Assembly (NCBI RefSeq): GCF_037042905.1
Contig: NC_087245.1
Location: 5,272,001 to 5,336,000 of the forward strand
Source: Lytechinus pictus
Lineage: Eukaryota
DNA: 64,000 bases
Reading direction: 5' to 3'
Below are positions 24,630 through 39,600 of this stretch, piece by piece. The notes below the pieces were generated by a model. The model was not told where the DNA came from and did not search any database. It saw only the letters and a list, made by a program, of their open reading frames with translations. Made by a program: the position numbers and the translations under genes. How positions within the stretch are numbered: the stretch's first letter is position 1; every line of letters starts with the position of its first letter.

Positions 24630-27600
24630 GGGGGGGGGGGGGGGGTAGGGGATGGACACTCATTTCCCATGATTTATGAGTTCACCAGTAATGTGTAACC
24701 TTTTAGGCTAATAAGTTTCCTCTTCCACCACTCTGTGTATAATGCATGGGGTACCCAGACTAGACAAGCTTAATTTGAATCTACTGGTCAGAGCACATGT
24801 ATATTTACATAAAATACAAACTCTTGATTGAATGGTTGTGGCTAATGGCTAATACTGATCAATGTCCATTGTTTGATTTTATCTTGCAGGACTTTGAACA
24901 CATGGGTTCAAAGAATGTTTGTGTAGTGACAGATAAGAAGGTATGTATGCTGCATAGAGAAACCTGGATTGAAAAATCTCATTGCTAATGAATTATGCTA
25001 ATTTATGCATGAAATCAAAGTTTGCTTTGATAAACTAAATAATGCCCCTAAAATGCTAATTTTTGGTTCACAGACTCTATAGGAAATTGATCAAATGTAC
25101 TTTTCATGAATTTCAACATCACATTTATTTTCTTATGCATTTTATTGTTTTCTAATTTTTTTATGTATTTCTTTGTTCGACTTTATTTTGTTGTCATGTT
25201 TTTCAGTGGAAATCGTCAGGACTTTATTTTTTACCATAAAAAATATATAATTAATTGATTTTGATTAGTAAAAGGGGAACAAATGATACATTTATGAATT
25301 TTGGCTAACAACACTTTTTGCATGGGATTTGTACATGAATTCATGTTTTGAGCAACTTTGGGTCTCCATGCACTTTCGAAATGTTAGGTAATTTTGGAAC
25401 CGCATATCTGGGGGCCAACATTTTGGTCTCAAATGTTGCGTGAGACTTAAAAGAAAAGTCAGCGAGTGACGCTGTAAAAAAAAATTGTGTGGTGGATTTA
25501 TCGCAAAAAAATGTCCCCTGGTCTTATAAGGGCTAAGCAATATATGTTGTACTGCAATGTGAGACCATGGTGTACATACAGTACTAGACTTTGACTTGTG
25601 CAATATTTCTAAGGTATACCGTACTTCAATACCAGTTAGCGTAACACCAATATTTGATTTGAGCTTAATACACTATTGACCCTAATGCAAGCTTTAACCC
25701 TTATGCAAGCTTTGGAAAATGGGTCTACTGTATGTATAGTTTGGTATAATGGCAGGGTTTCACCTTATGTAATTTGAAACTTTGCAGGTATTTCCAAGAA
25801 TTCAAATCTTATCTATTGTATCTTAATAAAGGTCATTTGTAACTAATCAAATTTTTATAAGTCCCAATAAGGTTGACTGTGGAGACATTGAATTTATATA
25901 GGAGAAGATACTGTACAATGATTTCTAAGGAATACATGAAAACATTACAGTATTGATATATTTTATGCTGAATGCCATTCTACTCAATATTTTTCTTAAT
26001 AATTTATTTACTTAATGTATTTATTTATTTATCAACTATTCAAATAATCAACTCCATTTATAATATATTCATGTATTCATTTATTATCCTTTATTTGTAA
26101 TTGAATGAATTCTAGTTAAATCTGATGGAATTTTACAGCTTGCTTGGGCCAGCTTATTTTCAGTTTGGCAAATCAAAGTTTACACATTTTAAGTGCATTG
26201 TCTCCTGTTCGAGTCTCCTTGTTCCAGCTGTCACTAAAAGTGTACTATTCTATTGTTATACCACCCTTTAAAGACAGGAGGAAGATATATAAATTCTCTT
26301 CTTCATAGCTTGGTCAGAATTATAGCAAAATATGAAGAATGAACTTGAATTGATTTTGATTGATAGTTATCAAGCCTTCCAATCATGGATACTGTTCTGG
26401 AGTCTTTGAACGCAGCCAATATCAACTATGAGGTCTTTGATAATGTCAGAGTTGAGCCGACTGATAAAAGGTAAACTTATCAACTTTAAAAGTGAATACT
26501 AAAACATGTTGATCGAAAGTGATACCGGTTTTTTGAATTGACATCTATACAATAAAATATTATTTGAGATGATATTTCTTTCCTCTAAACAAATTGCCCT
26601 GCAATCTTTGAATACAAACTTTACTAGTAGATCTACAATTGAGGTCAAACATACCCCCTTAGAATTTAGTGAAATTTGTTCACTTGCTAAACATCGTAAC
26701 ATTTACTATATCATCAGAAATATAAATACTGCCATGACTGTTATGGTATCAAATGAAAGAACGAAATAAGCTCTTTCACATGATTGGGATGAAAGTATAT
26801 TTCAGGTGGAATATTCATGCCAAATATGTTCTATTGTTTGTTATTATACAGAGAAATATATAAATGTCAAATCTATGATTTATATTACATTTTCTATCAT
26901 GCTATGTCACCACTTAACAAAAAAGTGTAATCTGAAATGTTTGTCTTGAGAAGTAGCTAGCACAAATATGAAATGTTTTTGTCAAGGTTTTATTTTTAAT
27001 TTGTCTAAAATATGAAGATTTTTAGGGGAAAATGACACCTAATTCTTTTTCAGGTCATGATGACAAAGCAAAGTGATGAAGGGGCATGACATACTCATTT
27101 GTTTGATATCAAATTTGTCATGATAGCACAAATATTTTATAAGATACAGTAAATTTTATGATGATTGGTAACTGTCAACTTTTATTTGAATTCCCTGGGT
27201 GTATGTAAACTTCTGGCCTCAACTGTATGTACACTTCTCATTTTAGGCTCAAAGTTCAATATAGGTTAAAGTTCCATCTTTGTAAAAAATTTACCATGTA
27301 CATTATCTTCAAGCTAACCATAGCTTGCTATAAACATTAAAACACATCTATTGTTTATAACAGCTGAAAGACCCATACCGGACCCAAAAGTGAAAATTAC
27401 AATTGACAATTGAAAGCTTGTAAACTACTAAACCTAGCATTTTCACTGCTTAGTTGCTGACTATTTTGCTTAAAGGACAAGTCCAACCCAACAATAAGTT
27501 GGTTTGAATAAAAAGAGAAAAATCAAACAAGCATAACTCTGAAAATTTCATCAAAATGATGGAAAATGATATAAAAAGTTATGAGATTTTAAAGTTTTGC

Positions 27601-30600
27601 TTAATTTCACAAAACAATTATATTCACATCCTGGTCAGCATGCAAATGAGGAGACCGTTGACATCATCCACTCACTATTTCATTACATGAAATATGAAAT
27701 ATTCTAATTTTCTCTTCATTGTCATGTGAAACAAAGTTAGATTTTTTTCTGAACATGTGGAATTACCATTGTTTTATCATTTTGTGGTTCAAATAAGAGG
27801 GTCCTTATTGTTAAAAATAAAAAAACAAAGAAATAGTGAGTGAGGGACATCATCGATTTATTCATTTGTATATCACTGAGTTGTGCATATAACTGTTTTG
27901 TGTAAAAAATATTGAAACTTTAAAATGTCATAATATGTCTATTTTACATCCGATTTTGATAAAATTTTTAGCGTTATGCTTGTTTGATTTTTCTCTATTG
28001 ATTCAAATCAACATTTTTCTGGGGTGGACTTGACCTCTAACCCTAAAAGGAGTGGGCTATTTGAGATGTATTGAGGACTGGGGGGGCCATGATGGCCCCT
28101 CCCTTCTGATCTCGGCAGCCGTTAGCGCAATCGCGCCAAAATTTGGCTAGCACATTCGTTACCACATAAACTGCATGCCAGTATCAAAAATTCAGAATTT
28201 TAAAAAAATATTTATTATGAAAAAAAAATATGCAAATTTATGAGTGAAAAACAATTTGCTTATTTAACACCCAATTTGGCTTCAAATCTTTTTTTTTCCA
28301 GATGTCATCTTTGTAATCTAATTTTGAGGTTTCCCCAAAGAAAAATTGCAAAAGCCAATTTTTTCCTTATGTTTTTCATGGTTTTTAGAATTTTTTATGT
28401 ATTTCTTTGTTTTTTATCTTCTGTTTTTCATTGTTTTTTTTTAATGGAAATTATTACAGACCATTCACCAACTAAATTAACCCCTAAATGAATTAAGCAG
28501 ACCAATTAGAATGAAAAATAAGCACCCTTTTATGAATTTCATCTCCCATAGACTTTGTTCACAAAGTATAAAAATGAGCAATTTTCTGTATGGCATTATC
28601 TCGTAAAAAGTCACGAATTTGGTCTCAAAAGTTAGGCAAGACTTCAAAGAAAAAAAGTCATAAAAATTTCGCGGCGCTTTCTTTTTGCGTTTCGGAAATA
28701 TTGCGGGAAGCATTGAGTCCTTCAGGGTTAAGAATAGCTCCAATAATCTGGCTTAAAAAATAGGCCTTTTGGCTTTTCACTGGACTCGGGACCATGATAT
28801 AAATTGAAAAACTGGATGATTTTTGTCTCGCCTGCATAGCAGAGCGAGACTATAGGCGCCGCTTTTCCGACGGCGGCGGCGGCGTCAACATCAAATCTTA
28901 ACCTAAGGTTAAGTTTTTGAAATGACATCATAACTTAGAAAGTATATGGACCTAGTTCATGAAACTTTGACATAAGGTTAATCAAGTATGACTGAACATC
29001 CTGCTCGAGTTTCAGGTCACATGACTAAGGTCAAAGGTCATTTAGGGTCAATGAACTTAGACCATGTTGGGAGAATTATTTTCAAAATCTTAACCGAAGG
29101 TTAAGTTTTTGAAATGACATCATAACTTAGAGAGTATATGGACCTAGTTCATGAAACTTGGGCATAAGGTTAATCAAGTATTAGTGAACATCCTGCTCGA
29201 GTTTCAGGTCACATGACCAAGATCAAAGGTCATTTAGGGTCAATGAACTTTGGTCAAGTTGGGGGGTATTTGTTGAATTACTATCATAACTTTGAAAATT
29301 TATGGATCTAGTTCATGAAACTTGGACATAAGGTTAATCAAGTATTAGTGAACATCCTTCCTGAGTTTCAGGTCACATGACCAAGGTCAAAGGTCATTTA
29401 GGGTCAATGAACTGGCCAAGTTGGGGGTATTTGTTGAATTACCTTCATAACTTTGAAAATTTATGGATCTAGTTCATGAAACTTGGACATTAGGTTAATC
29501 AAGTACCACTGAATATCCTGTGCGAGTTTCAGGTCACATGACCATGGTCAATGGTCATTTAAGGTCAATGAACTTTGGCCGTGTTGGGGGTCTTTGTTAA
29601 ATTACCATCCTAACTCTGAAGGTTTATGGATCTAGTTCATAAAACTTGGACATAAGAGTAATCGAGTATCACTGAACATCCTGTACGAGTTTCAGGTCAC
29701 ATGACCATGGTCAAAGGTCATTTAAGGTCAATGAACTTTGGCCGTGTTGGGGGTATTTGTTGAATTACCATCCTAACTCTGAAGTTTATGGATCTATTTC
29801 ATAAAACTTGGGATATAAGAGTAATCAAGTACCACTAAACATCCCCTGTGAGTTTCAGGTCACAAAACCAAGGTCAAAGGTCAGTTAAGGTCAATAAACT
29901 TAGGCCATGTTGGGGTAATTGTTGAATTGCCATCATAACTTTGAAAGTTATGGATAAAGTGAATGAAATGTGGACATGGGTGTATTTGACAAGTCTTAAG
30001 TCACCGTTCAAATGTCATCTATGGTCAATGAATGTGGTATTTTGTCATTATATGAATGGTGTTTTTGTGAATGATTATTTTATAATAGTTTTCAAAGTTA
30101 GCACTGCTGCTGTATTAAATTGCGTAATGCAGGCGAGACTGCCAGAGGCGTTCCACTTGTTCTGCTTTTCAGATTGAATAATTTTTTTTTTTCACTTCTA
30201 TCACATAGAGTTATCTTACATATCTTTTCCTGCAAGCTTGAATTGATGAAATCTACATGTACAGTGTATAGCTTTGGAATAGTTTTTGCCATATTTTATT
30301 TCCTGCTTATTTAGTGTAGCTTTCCAGTTCGATCTCTGTTCACATTATGTGTAACAATTTTTTTTTATATAGCAATTTAGCCCCAATATTAGCCAAACAA
30401 ATAAATCACAAAAACCTCTAGTGAAGAGTTGTGGGTTTCCATCCATTTGAGCACTGTATAATTGTTGGTGCCATTTTGATCTTGCCCAAACCCTCAAGAC
30501 CCAGGCCAGGGTTTTAATGCCCAAGGCCAAGGCAAGTTAACCCAAGGCCAAGGCAAGGAAGGTCAATGCCAAGGTCAAGGCATGGAAAACCAATACCATT

Positions 30601-33600
30601 TTGATCTCAGAGTAAAAGATACAATTTTTAATCTGGTAATTGAAAAAAATGATTACAAACCTATGGAATCACAACCCTCCTGATATAATGTGATGTCACT
30701 CAATTCAGGCTGTTAAGACGCTCGATTAAACCTTTTGTCGAAACTCATTAATTTGAGTAATTATTATTAAATAAAGCAAAATACTCTGCTATCATACAGT
30801 GAATATGCATAAAACTTACATTCTATATAGCTTATATATCCAATTTTTCAATACCACTTTTAGTTTTGGTCTGGGTCTTTAGATTGATGGCCACATATCT
30901 CCTTATTTCTTGTTATCATTTCTTTGCTTTACTCTCTCCAGTTTTCATGATGCAATATCCTTTGTGAAAGCCCGTAACTTTGATGCTTATCTGGCTGTTG
31001 GAGGAGGATCTGTGATGGATACATGCAAGGCTGCTAATCTCTATGATTCTCATCGCGATGCTGACTTTCTTGACTTTGTTAATGCACCTGTTGGGAAAGG
31101 TCTTCCCATCCCGGGTCCAGTCAAGCCTCTCATTGCCAGTATGTATTGCAATACCTGACAAATATTGGTTTCATGCTCATGAGACATCAATCATGGACAT
31201 GTATTTCAAAACTAGTGTCTGTATACCAGGGAATGGGTAGGGTAAAGGGGAATCCAACCTTGGTCATAAAATCTGATGTGAGAGATGAGTTGAAAGAAAT
31301 CAGAGAAGCAATAAGAAAGCTATGGCTGTTATAAAATTGAGATCGCAAAGACTACGTAAATTTAGAATTGGCAACTGGGTCAGTAAATTTGTAGGAACTG
31401 GTAATAGTTCGGGGTCCGAGGGTTAGCTACAAGGTCGTTGAACGTTTAAGTGGTCTGAGAGAGGTAGAATAGTGTAGAGATATGAGGTCAGAGAGATATT
31501 CAGGTGCTAGGCCACTGATGATTTGATATGTCATGAGAAGAACTTTGAAAATGATGTGCTGGCGTATTGGAAGCCAGTGAAGTGATTTCAGAATTGGTTC
31601 AATATGGCAGACTCTGACTGATTTTTGTTGTAATGAGATGTGTATAATGTTATACTTTTACAGTTCCTACAACATCAGGGACCGGAAGTGAGACTACTGG
31701 GGTGTCTATATTTGACTACACCCCACTCAGAGCCAAAACAGGTAGGTACTCTTATTAAAAATAAAACATTTTGATTTTGGCTCTCTGTTTTGTTGACATT
31801 CTACAGGATTATTCTATGATACTACTTTTAATTTTAGTTGTTTTTAGATTACTATTTGATTTCTGTTGGCTGTTTATGCTTCTGGGGCTTGTTCCTCAAA
31901 CCTAGATTTGCAAACATCGCTTTATTTGGTTTCATTCATGTTTTGTAAGATAATTGAACAACTGTAGGGATCAATTCAAAGTTGGTTTATTTTCCCATAT
32001 ATATGAATTAATATGATCTGATTTTGACTTTTGTTAAGATACTTTATGTAAATTGTCCATGAATCATAACAGTTGTTTCCTTTCTGACCTATTCTAACTA
32101 ACTTGACAAGGGTAATGAAGGTCTATCTACCTACTTAATATTACTGTGGTTTCGTAAATTAGCAATCCAAATTTTGATTTGAATAAAATGGAGAATTAAA
32201 AAGTGTAACACTGAAATTTTCTTCAGAAATCTTGTTAGATATTAAAGTTATGATATTGTATGAGTTTCTCTTATTTAGACAAAACGGCAACGTTCTTTGT
32301 TACAAGCGGTATCCATATGGGTTTATCGTGCACTCACTTTTTCTTTTGTATTATATAAAATATGTATTCATAATTTTTTTTTTCTCTGATTTTGTAAAAC
32401 CTGGTTTGATTCCTCATAGAACATGTAAAATCATCATAATCATTATCATTGTGATGCAATGGAGATTCTATCTGTCACATCATGAATAAAATAAAAAGTG
32501 TATTATATGACATTATTACATGTAGCTCTCACATTTGCATTCTGATCATGATGTATCCATACAACTATTTTGCTAAATAAGTGAAATTTGGTATGCCATA
32601 ACTTCTTACTCTATTTGTCCAAATTAATTTGTTGTTGGTTAGACTTAGCCTTGAACATGATTATTGATGAAATTATCTCTGTTTGATATATATAGTGCAT
32701 GCAAATATATTGCTGAATATCACACACACTTGAATGGTTATTAATAAAAGCCAACTTTCATTGATTAGGTATCGCTAGTAGAGTGATTAGACCCTTGCTA
32801 GGAATTGTTGATCCTCTACATACCCTACACATGCCAAATCGAGTTACGACATACAGTGGATTTGATGTACTCTGGTAAGTCAGTCTGTTTTTAATCTTCT
32901 TTATTCACATCAAGAATTTTAACCTACCAAGATTGGATTCAACCTAAGGCTAATGGAGGAAAAATGAATGAGAATCTCATTTTGTACCCAGAAGGTTGTA
33001 AGATCATATTTATAGTTTTGTGTAGCTTGAATCCGGACAGCTTCATGAAACACTACCATCCTTATCATTGATGATTCTGGTGTTGCCTCCCTATATGCCA
33101 CCAGAAGGGAGATTCTCAAGTTTTTTGTATTTATATATGATTCTATGACATTTCAGTTCAATTTGTAATTCAGAAAGTTTTTTCATATATGAATGTTTAA
33201 TTGCATAATTCACAAAAATATGATTACTGAAATGTTTTGAAGTATTCAAAATTCTGTTAAATCTCTTTTAAAAGCCATGCATTAGAGTCTTACACTGCCA
33301 TTCCTTATACTGAACGCAAACCAAGACCAACCCATCCCAAAAATAGACCAGCCTACCAAGGAAGCAATCCAATTAGTGATATCTGGTCTAGCCACGCTCT
33401 TAGGATGATAGAGAAGTATTTCAAGAGGTAAGAAACATATTATTACTAATATATGCTATTTAATCCACCTTAAAAAAAATGGCAGCAAATATTGAAGAAT
33501 CAGTTGAGCACAATTCTGCCTTTGAATTTAATTCAGGAGTCTACTTTGCACACCCTTTATGAAATTGACTGCAAGTTTGGGGGGTTCAGTCAAGGACCAT

Positions 33601-36600
33601 GTATCAAATCTTTCTCCATTCGTGTAAGGATTCAATTACAGAAATAGTATTATCAAGAGATGATGAAAACTTTTAAATTGGTTTATCTTACAGAGCTGTG
33701 AATAACCCTGAGGATTTAGAAGCTCGCTCTGAGATGCATTTAGCCAGTGTCTTTGCTGGTGTAGGGTTTGGCAATGCTGGTGTTCATCTTTGGTGAGTTC
33801 AAGGGACCAGAATGTAAACATGTTTGGGGTATTTGTTGAATTGTCATCATAACTTTGTGAGTATACTGTATGGATCTAGTTCATGAAACTTGGACATATG
33901 CATAAGTATGACTTAACATCCTGTATGAGTTTCAGGTCACACAAGTCAAAAGTCATTTAACGTTAATGGACTTTGGCGATGTTGGGGGTATTTGTTGAAT
34001 TGCCATTATAGTTGAAAGTTTATGGATCTAGTTCAGGAAAAGTGGACATAAGGGTAATCAGGTACCACAGATCATTTTCTCACGAGTCTAAGGTCACATG
34101 ATCAAGGGTAAAGGTCATTTAGGTTCAATGAATATAATATGTTATTATCATATGAATTTTTTTGTGTGAATAATTATTCAAAGTCTGCATTGCTGCTGTA
34201 TTGAATCGCGTAATGCAGGCAAGACTGCCAGAGGTTTCCACTTGTTAAATTTGTGATGATTCAGGTATCTCAGCAATAACGTGCAAAAGCATTCAGGTCA
34301 AGTACCTTGTGCTTTTGCATTTTGCAAATACCCTTGAATGCACTGCATCACCATAACACACTCATAAATGTGCATTATTTGTATAAAACCATATATATAT
34401 TTTTCCTTTAATAGCCACGGTATGTCATACCCCATCGCTGGTATGGTCAAGCAGTACAAGTCTCGTGATTATGATGTTGACCATGCTATTGTGGTAAGTA
34501 TATCTTTTTAGACATTATATCGTCATCACTTGACCATGTCCATATTAACCCTTTCTGTACTACTGGGATATTTTGCTCCTTGAAAATATAGCCCCCCCCC
34601 CCCCATTGATCTCTGAATCGCAACTTGCAATGAACATGAAAATTTCATGCTGATAGATCTTCAAGTGCTGAATCTCATGCTGTGATTTATTTCAATCAAT
34701 TTTGCCATTTTGAAAAATTAATAAGCTATTAATAATATTAATAATTAATAATGCATATTTATGAATTTTTGGGATATTTTGACATTTTAATCTAAACAAC
34801 TAGAAAAATACATTTGTCATATTTTCGATTGTCTAAGAGTGTCCATTCAGTCATTTGGAAACATAAAACAGTTACTGGTATTTGAATCCCTGTGGATAAG
34901 AACTTCTCCCTCAAAGCAAAAAAAAAAAAGTTGTTTCATATTGCTTTTATTTCTTGTATTACTAGTATATCATTTTATGCTTCTAATGTAAATCATTGTT
35001 TTTTTAAATTTCCCCACCTAACCCAGAACAATGAAGAAGCATATGACAAGTGCAACACCAATTCCTGAGCAGAATGCATATTAATGCAAGCCATTGTCAT
35101 TTAGTGGCATGAACCTGAACATCATTGTGTTTAATATTTGCCCACTTTATCCCAGAACAATGTATATAGAAAACAAAAACAAGTGCAACACCAATTCCTG
35201 AGCAAGATGCATATTAATGCGAGCCATTGTCTATTAATCAAATATGCAAATATTCTAAAATTAGCAGTTTCAATGACATGTGTATACTAATTTGCATATG
35301 ATACCCACTTCCAATGTCCGATATGTATAAATGTATGAAACTGTGCCTAGACTTCAGGGAGAAAAATCTTGAAGCGACAATCTGAAATTCTCAGCTGTCA
35401 CAATGCAGTCACCAAAATATGGAAGCCCCCCCCCCCCCCCGTGTAATTAGGATAAATGCAGTCTGTTCTATTTGTCAAATGATTTCTCAATATTCTGTTA
35501 CAAAAGTTGACCAAAATGACCATGGTCCTGACTTACAACGTATAGTGATAAAATCAAATCAATATCAAAATGGTCTCAAATGCAGTCAAGAGATATATGA
35601 TTTAATTCAGTTTTATCACAACTCTTTGTTATAAAGATTGGACCAATGACATCCAGACAATGTGAAAGCATAGGGACTGTAAAACTTACCAATCTTGGTA
35701 GGAGAAGGCATCATAAATGTGAGGTCGTAGCAGAAGAAAATACCACACTTTCAACGATCAGCGATACCACATCTCAAGAATAAACCAAAATTCATGCTCA
35801 AGAAGCTTATTTTTTCAAACAAAATTTAAGCAATAAAGGATGTGGTCATTATGGTCATTTTATATCTTTTTCTTACCTCTATGGTCAATGTCTTGATTTT
35901 CATTCCCCCCCCCCCCCCTTCCAGCCTCATGGGTTGTCGGTTGTTATGACAGCGCCTGCTGTTTTCAGCTTCACTGCTCCTAGCTGTCCTGAAAGACATT
36001 TGGAGGCTGCTAAACTTCTTGGTAAGCCCTGGATGGATTTTACGCTTTATCAGAGGAGTCAGAGAACCTCACAATGTATATTTTAAAGTTTATTTTTGTG
36101 GAAGTTTTGAATCAGATATCAAGAGGAATATGTTAGATGAAGTTTGTGATATTTTAGAGAAACTAAGATGTTTTAAGATCATTTGCTTTTGCATGCCCCA
36201 CTTTGTGGAATAGCCTTTCTGAAGACATAAAAAATGTACCTCTGTCGAAACTTTCAAAAAATTTTCTAAAAACTTTTTTATTTAACTCTTAGCTCTTTAT
36301 GCGCCTTGAGCACTCTACAGAGTGGATTTGGCGCTTTATAAGTCACATTATTATTATCATTAGTATTATGTTTGTAATATGTAGTTATCATGAAGCAAAC
36401 ATATTTTGGTAGATCTGTGTTATGTCAACACCAGTTTACTGTGAAGAATCATTTTTAAGTCAATGGTGATTGCCCTTGGGGATTTGTCACGTCTTACTTG
36501 GTTTTTTCATGATATATACACAACAAAAAAAGTAAGTCCCCCCTTAAACAAACATCAATAATTTCCGAACCAATGCAAGTTTTTAATATATTTTTACATG

Positions 36601-39600
36601 AGCGTGTAGGTAATTTTATAGGCTACCCTCTGAGTAAATGTTATGGACGTATTTTACGTCATGCTTCAGTGAGCACCGTCAGAAGGCAAAAATGTCACTT
36701 TTCAAAAGTCACAAGCCAAATATCATGACTTTGATTCCATTTTTATTGGAACTAATTCCACATTCTCATCATGAAAAATAGTCAGAAGGCTTGTAAAAGG
36801 TACTTTCTAAAAGACGATACAACTTTTCTGGCTAAATTTCACGGTTGAATGAACACAAGTCCAAATTTGCTATAATTGGATTTTTTACACATTTCTATCA
36901 ATAACAATGATAGAATATGATGACAGTTATTTTTGGGAAGAGTATCTTCAACAATATTCATTGTTTCACGGTTCGATGAACATTTATTGAAAACAAAAGA
37001 TACGATTTTCAAATATCATAGGCAAGTATTGTTTCATTTTGGTAACTGAAAATGATCTTTTCTCAACTTTTTCGTTATGTTCATGACCAATTAATATGCT
37101 TCAATGATTCAAAGGCGTTTATTTAAACATTCACGCTTGAATGAACATGTGGAATGTAATTAGCTCTTTTTTACGTTATTGGAAAAAATTCAATTTGTAA
37201 CTATGGATATCTATCACAAACCTCCTTGCATGGTTCATTTGATTTGATTTTTATGAAAATCCCGATGTTTAATGCATCAGTGAGCACACAATATTCGAAA
37301 ATTATGCAAATGAGAAGAAAGTTCAAGGCCCTGGCCCCACTCTGTGCCGTATCAAATGGTTATTTTGGTGTGCGCACATTTTGGATAGTGTTACACTGAA
37401 GCCATGTGCGAAGTTTCATGAAATAACTGTTGGCAGAAGTAACAAAAACCGTCCATGAAACAAACCCTCATTTCATATTTGTTTAAATGTTAACTTCCTC
37501 TCTCATAGACTTGTGTACATTACGGGTGCATATGTTTAAGAATAAGTAACCCCCTATTCAATGTTGTGGAACTTTTTTTCAAGGCTGTCTTTAGCAATGT
37601 CATTTGGCAGTAATGTTTATCAACCTATGGGCAGAATTCTGTGCAAAAATGAAATCGATTAGTTTATTTATGGATGAGTGAGCACACATCAAAGTGGGAA
37701 ATTGGGTATTTTCAATGTCACAGACCCATTTTAAATGGTAATAAAGTGAATATTGGGGGCAAATTCGGTTTCAAATGTGACTTTAATTGCTGTTGTTTTT
37801 ATCATCCATTATTTCTATCACCACACACTTTCCGAAGTTTTAAAATTTTCATGGTTGAGCGAGCACATTCGAAAACTTAGGAATGAATACTCTTTATACT
37901 GCATAAATGTATTTTTTCTTACAAATTCTCATGATCAGTTCAATTTATGGACAAATCAGTGGTGGATCCAGAATTTTAAAATGGGGGAGGGGCCTATAAT
38001 CGGGGGAGCCACCAACATTTTCAAATTTTAACATGATCTAACAAGTTGTAGAGGATACTACCATAAACCCCTTTGATGATACGTCACTATACAGGGGCCG
38101 CGGAACGGTTTTCAAAGGGGGGGGGGCTGACCATGCAAAAAATCACAATCGTATGGTCATTTTTACATTTTTGTACATGCTTTTGGAAAAAAGTGGGGGG
38201 CTGAGCCCCCCCCCGCGACCCCTGCATTATTGTGCTCACTCAACCATGAACATACGATATCAAAATTGTGTGTGGAGTGGCTAAATGATGGATAGTAAAA
38301 CAGCATTAACACCATAAAATTCACCTAAAGACAACTTTTGCCCAGCTTTGTATTTGCACAATCTGAAAAACGACTCTTGTGACTTTAAAAAATGGTCATT
38401 TTTAATTCAATCTTTAATTACTCATGCATGACTCAACCGATCAATCTCATTTTTTCCCAGAGGTTGCCTAATGAGTGCAGAAAACCACCTACGAAATATC
38501 ATATCTCAAAATAATTCCGTTCAAAAGTTACAGCAATTTGATTTAGGGGGGACTTACTTTTTTTGTTGTGTATATAAAGGTTTTTGTCTCACCTGCATAG
38601 CAGAGTGAGACTATAGGCGCCGCTTTTCCGACGGCGGCGGCGGCGACGGCGGCGTCAACACCAAATCTTAACCTGAGGTTAAGTTTTTGAAATGACAGCA
38701 TAACTTAGAAAATATATGGACCTAGTTCATGAAACTTATACATAAGGTTAATCAAGTATCACTGAACATCCTGCATGAGTTTCACGTCACATGACCAAGG
38801 TCAAAGGTCATTTAGGGTCAATGAACTTTGGCCGAATTGGGGGTATCTGTTGAATTACAGCCATAAATTTGAAAGTGTGTTGGTCTAGTTCATAAAACTT
38901 GGACATAATAGTAATCAAGTATCACTGAACATCCTGTGCGAGTTTCAGGTCACATGATCAAGGTCAAAGGTCATGTAAGGTCAAAGAACTTTGGCCACGT
39001 TGGGGGTATTTTTTTAATTGCCATCATATCTCTATAAGTGTATTGGTCTAGTTCATAAAACGTGGAAATAAGAGTAACCAAGTATCACTGAACATCTTGT
39101 GCGAGTTATAGTAGTTTTCAAAATCAGCACTGCTGCTATATTGAATCGCGTGATGCAGGTGAGACGGCCAGAGGCATTCCACTTGTTTTATTTTAAATGA
39201 TTTTCTACTCACATTATCAGGTACGGATATCACTGGAGTGAAGTTAGAGGATGCAGGTCGCTGCCTGGCAGATACCGTCAGGAGGTATATGTATGATCTG
39301 GAAGTAGATGATGGACTAGAATCTTTAGGATATGACTCATCTGATATACCAGGACTTGTCAAAGGCACCCTCCCACAGGTATCTATACATTGAATATTAC
39401 ACATTCTGTGTTTCATTGATCTTGATCATTATCACTGACTTCTGTAACCTTTGCTTCAGGAGTAAAGAAGAGGAAGAATTTTTGACACTTTGTGGCTTTT
39501 TATTAACAAGTGATTGGCAAAAGCATTAACTCGATTTGCCTTGTTATGTTATCAATTAAGCCAATATGTGAAACTATAAGATGTATATAAACTCAGCATA

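Noticed and set aside
33271..33274. AAG acceptors at ADHFE1 exons 9 and 14 as non-canonical splicing
   Set aside because: They are still AG acceptors and give the correct frame; uncommon but ordinary.
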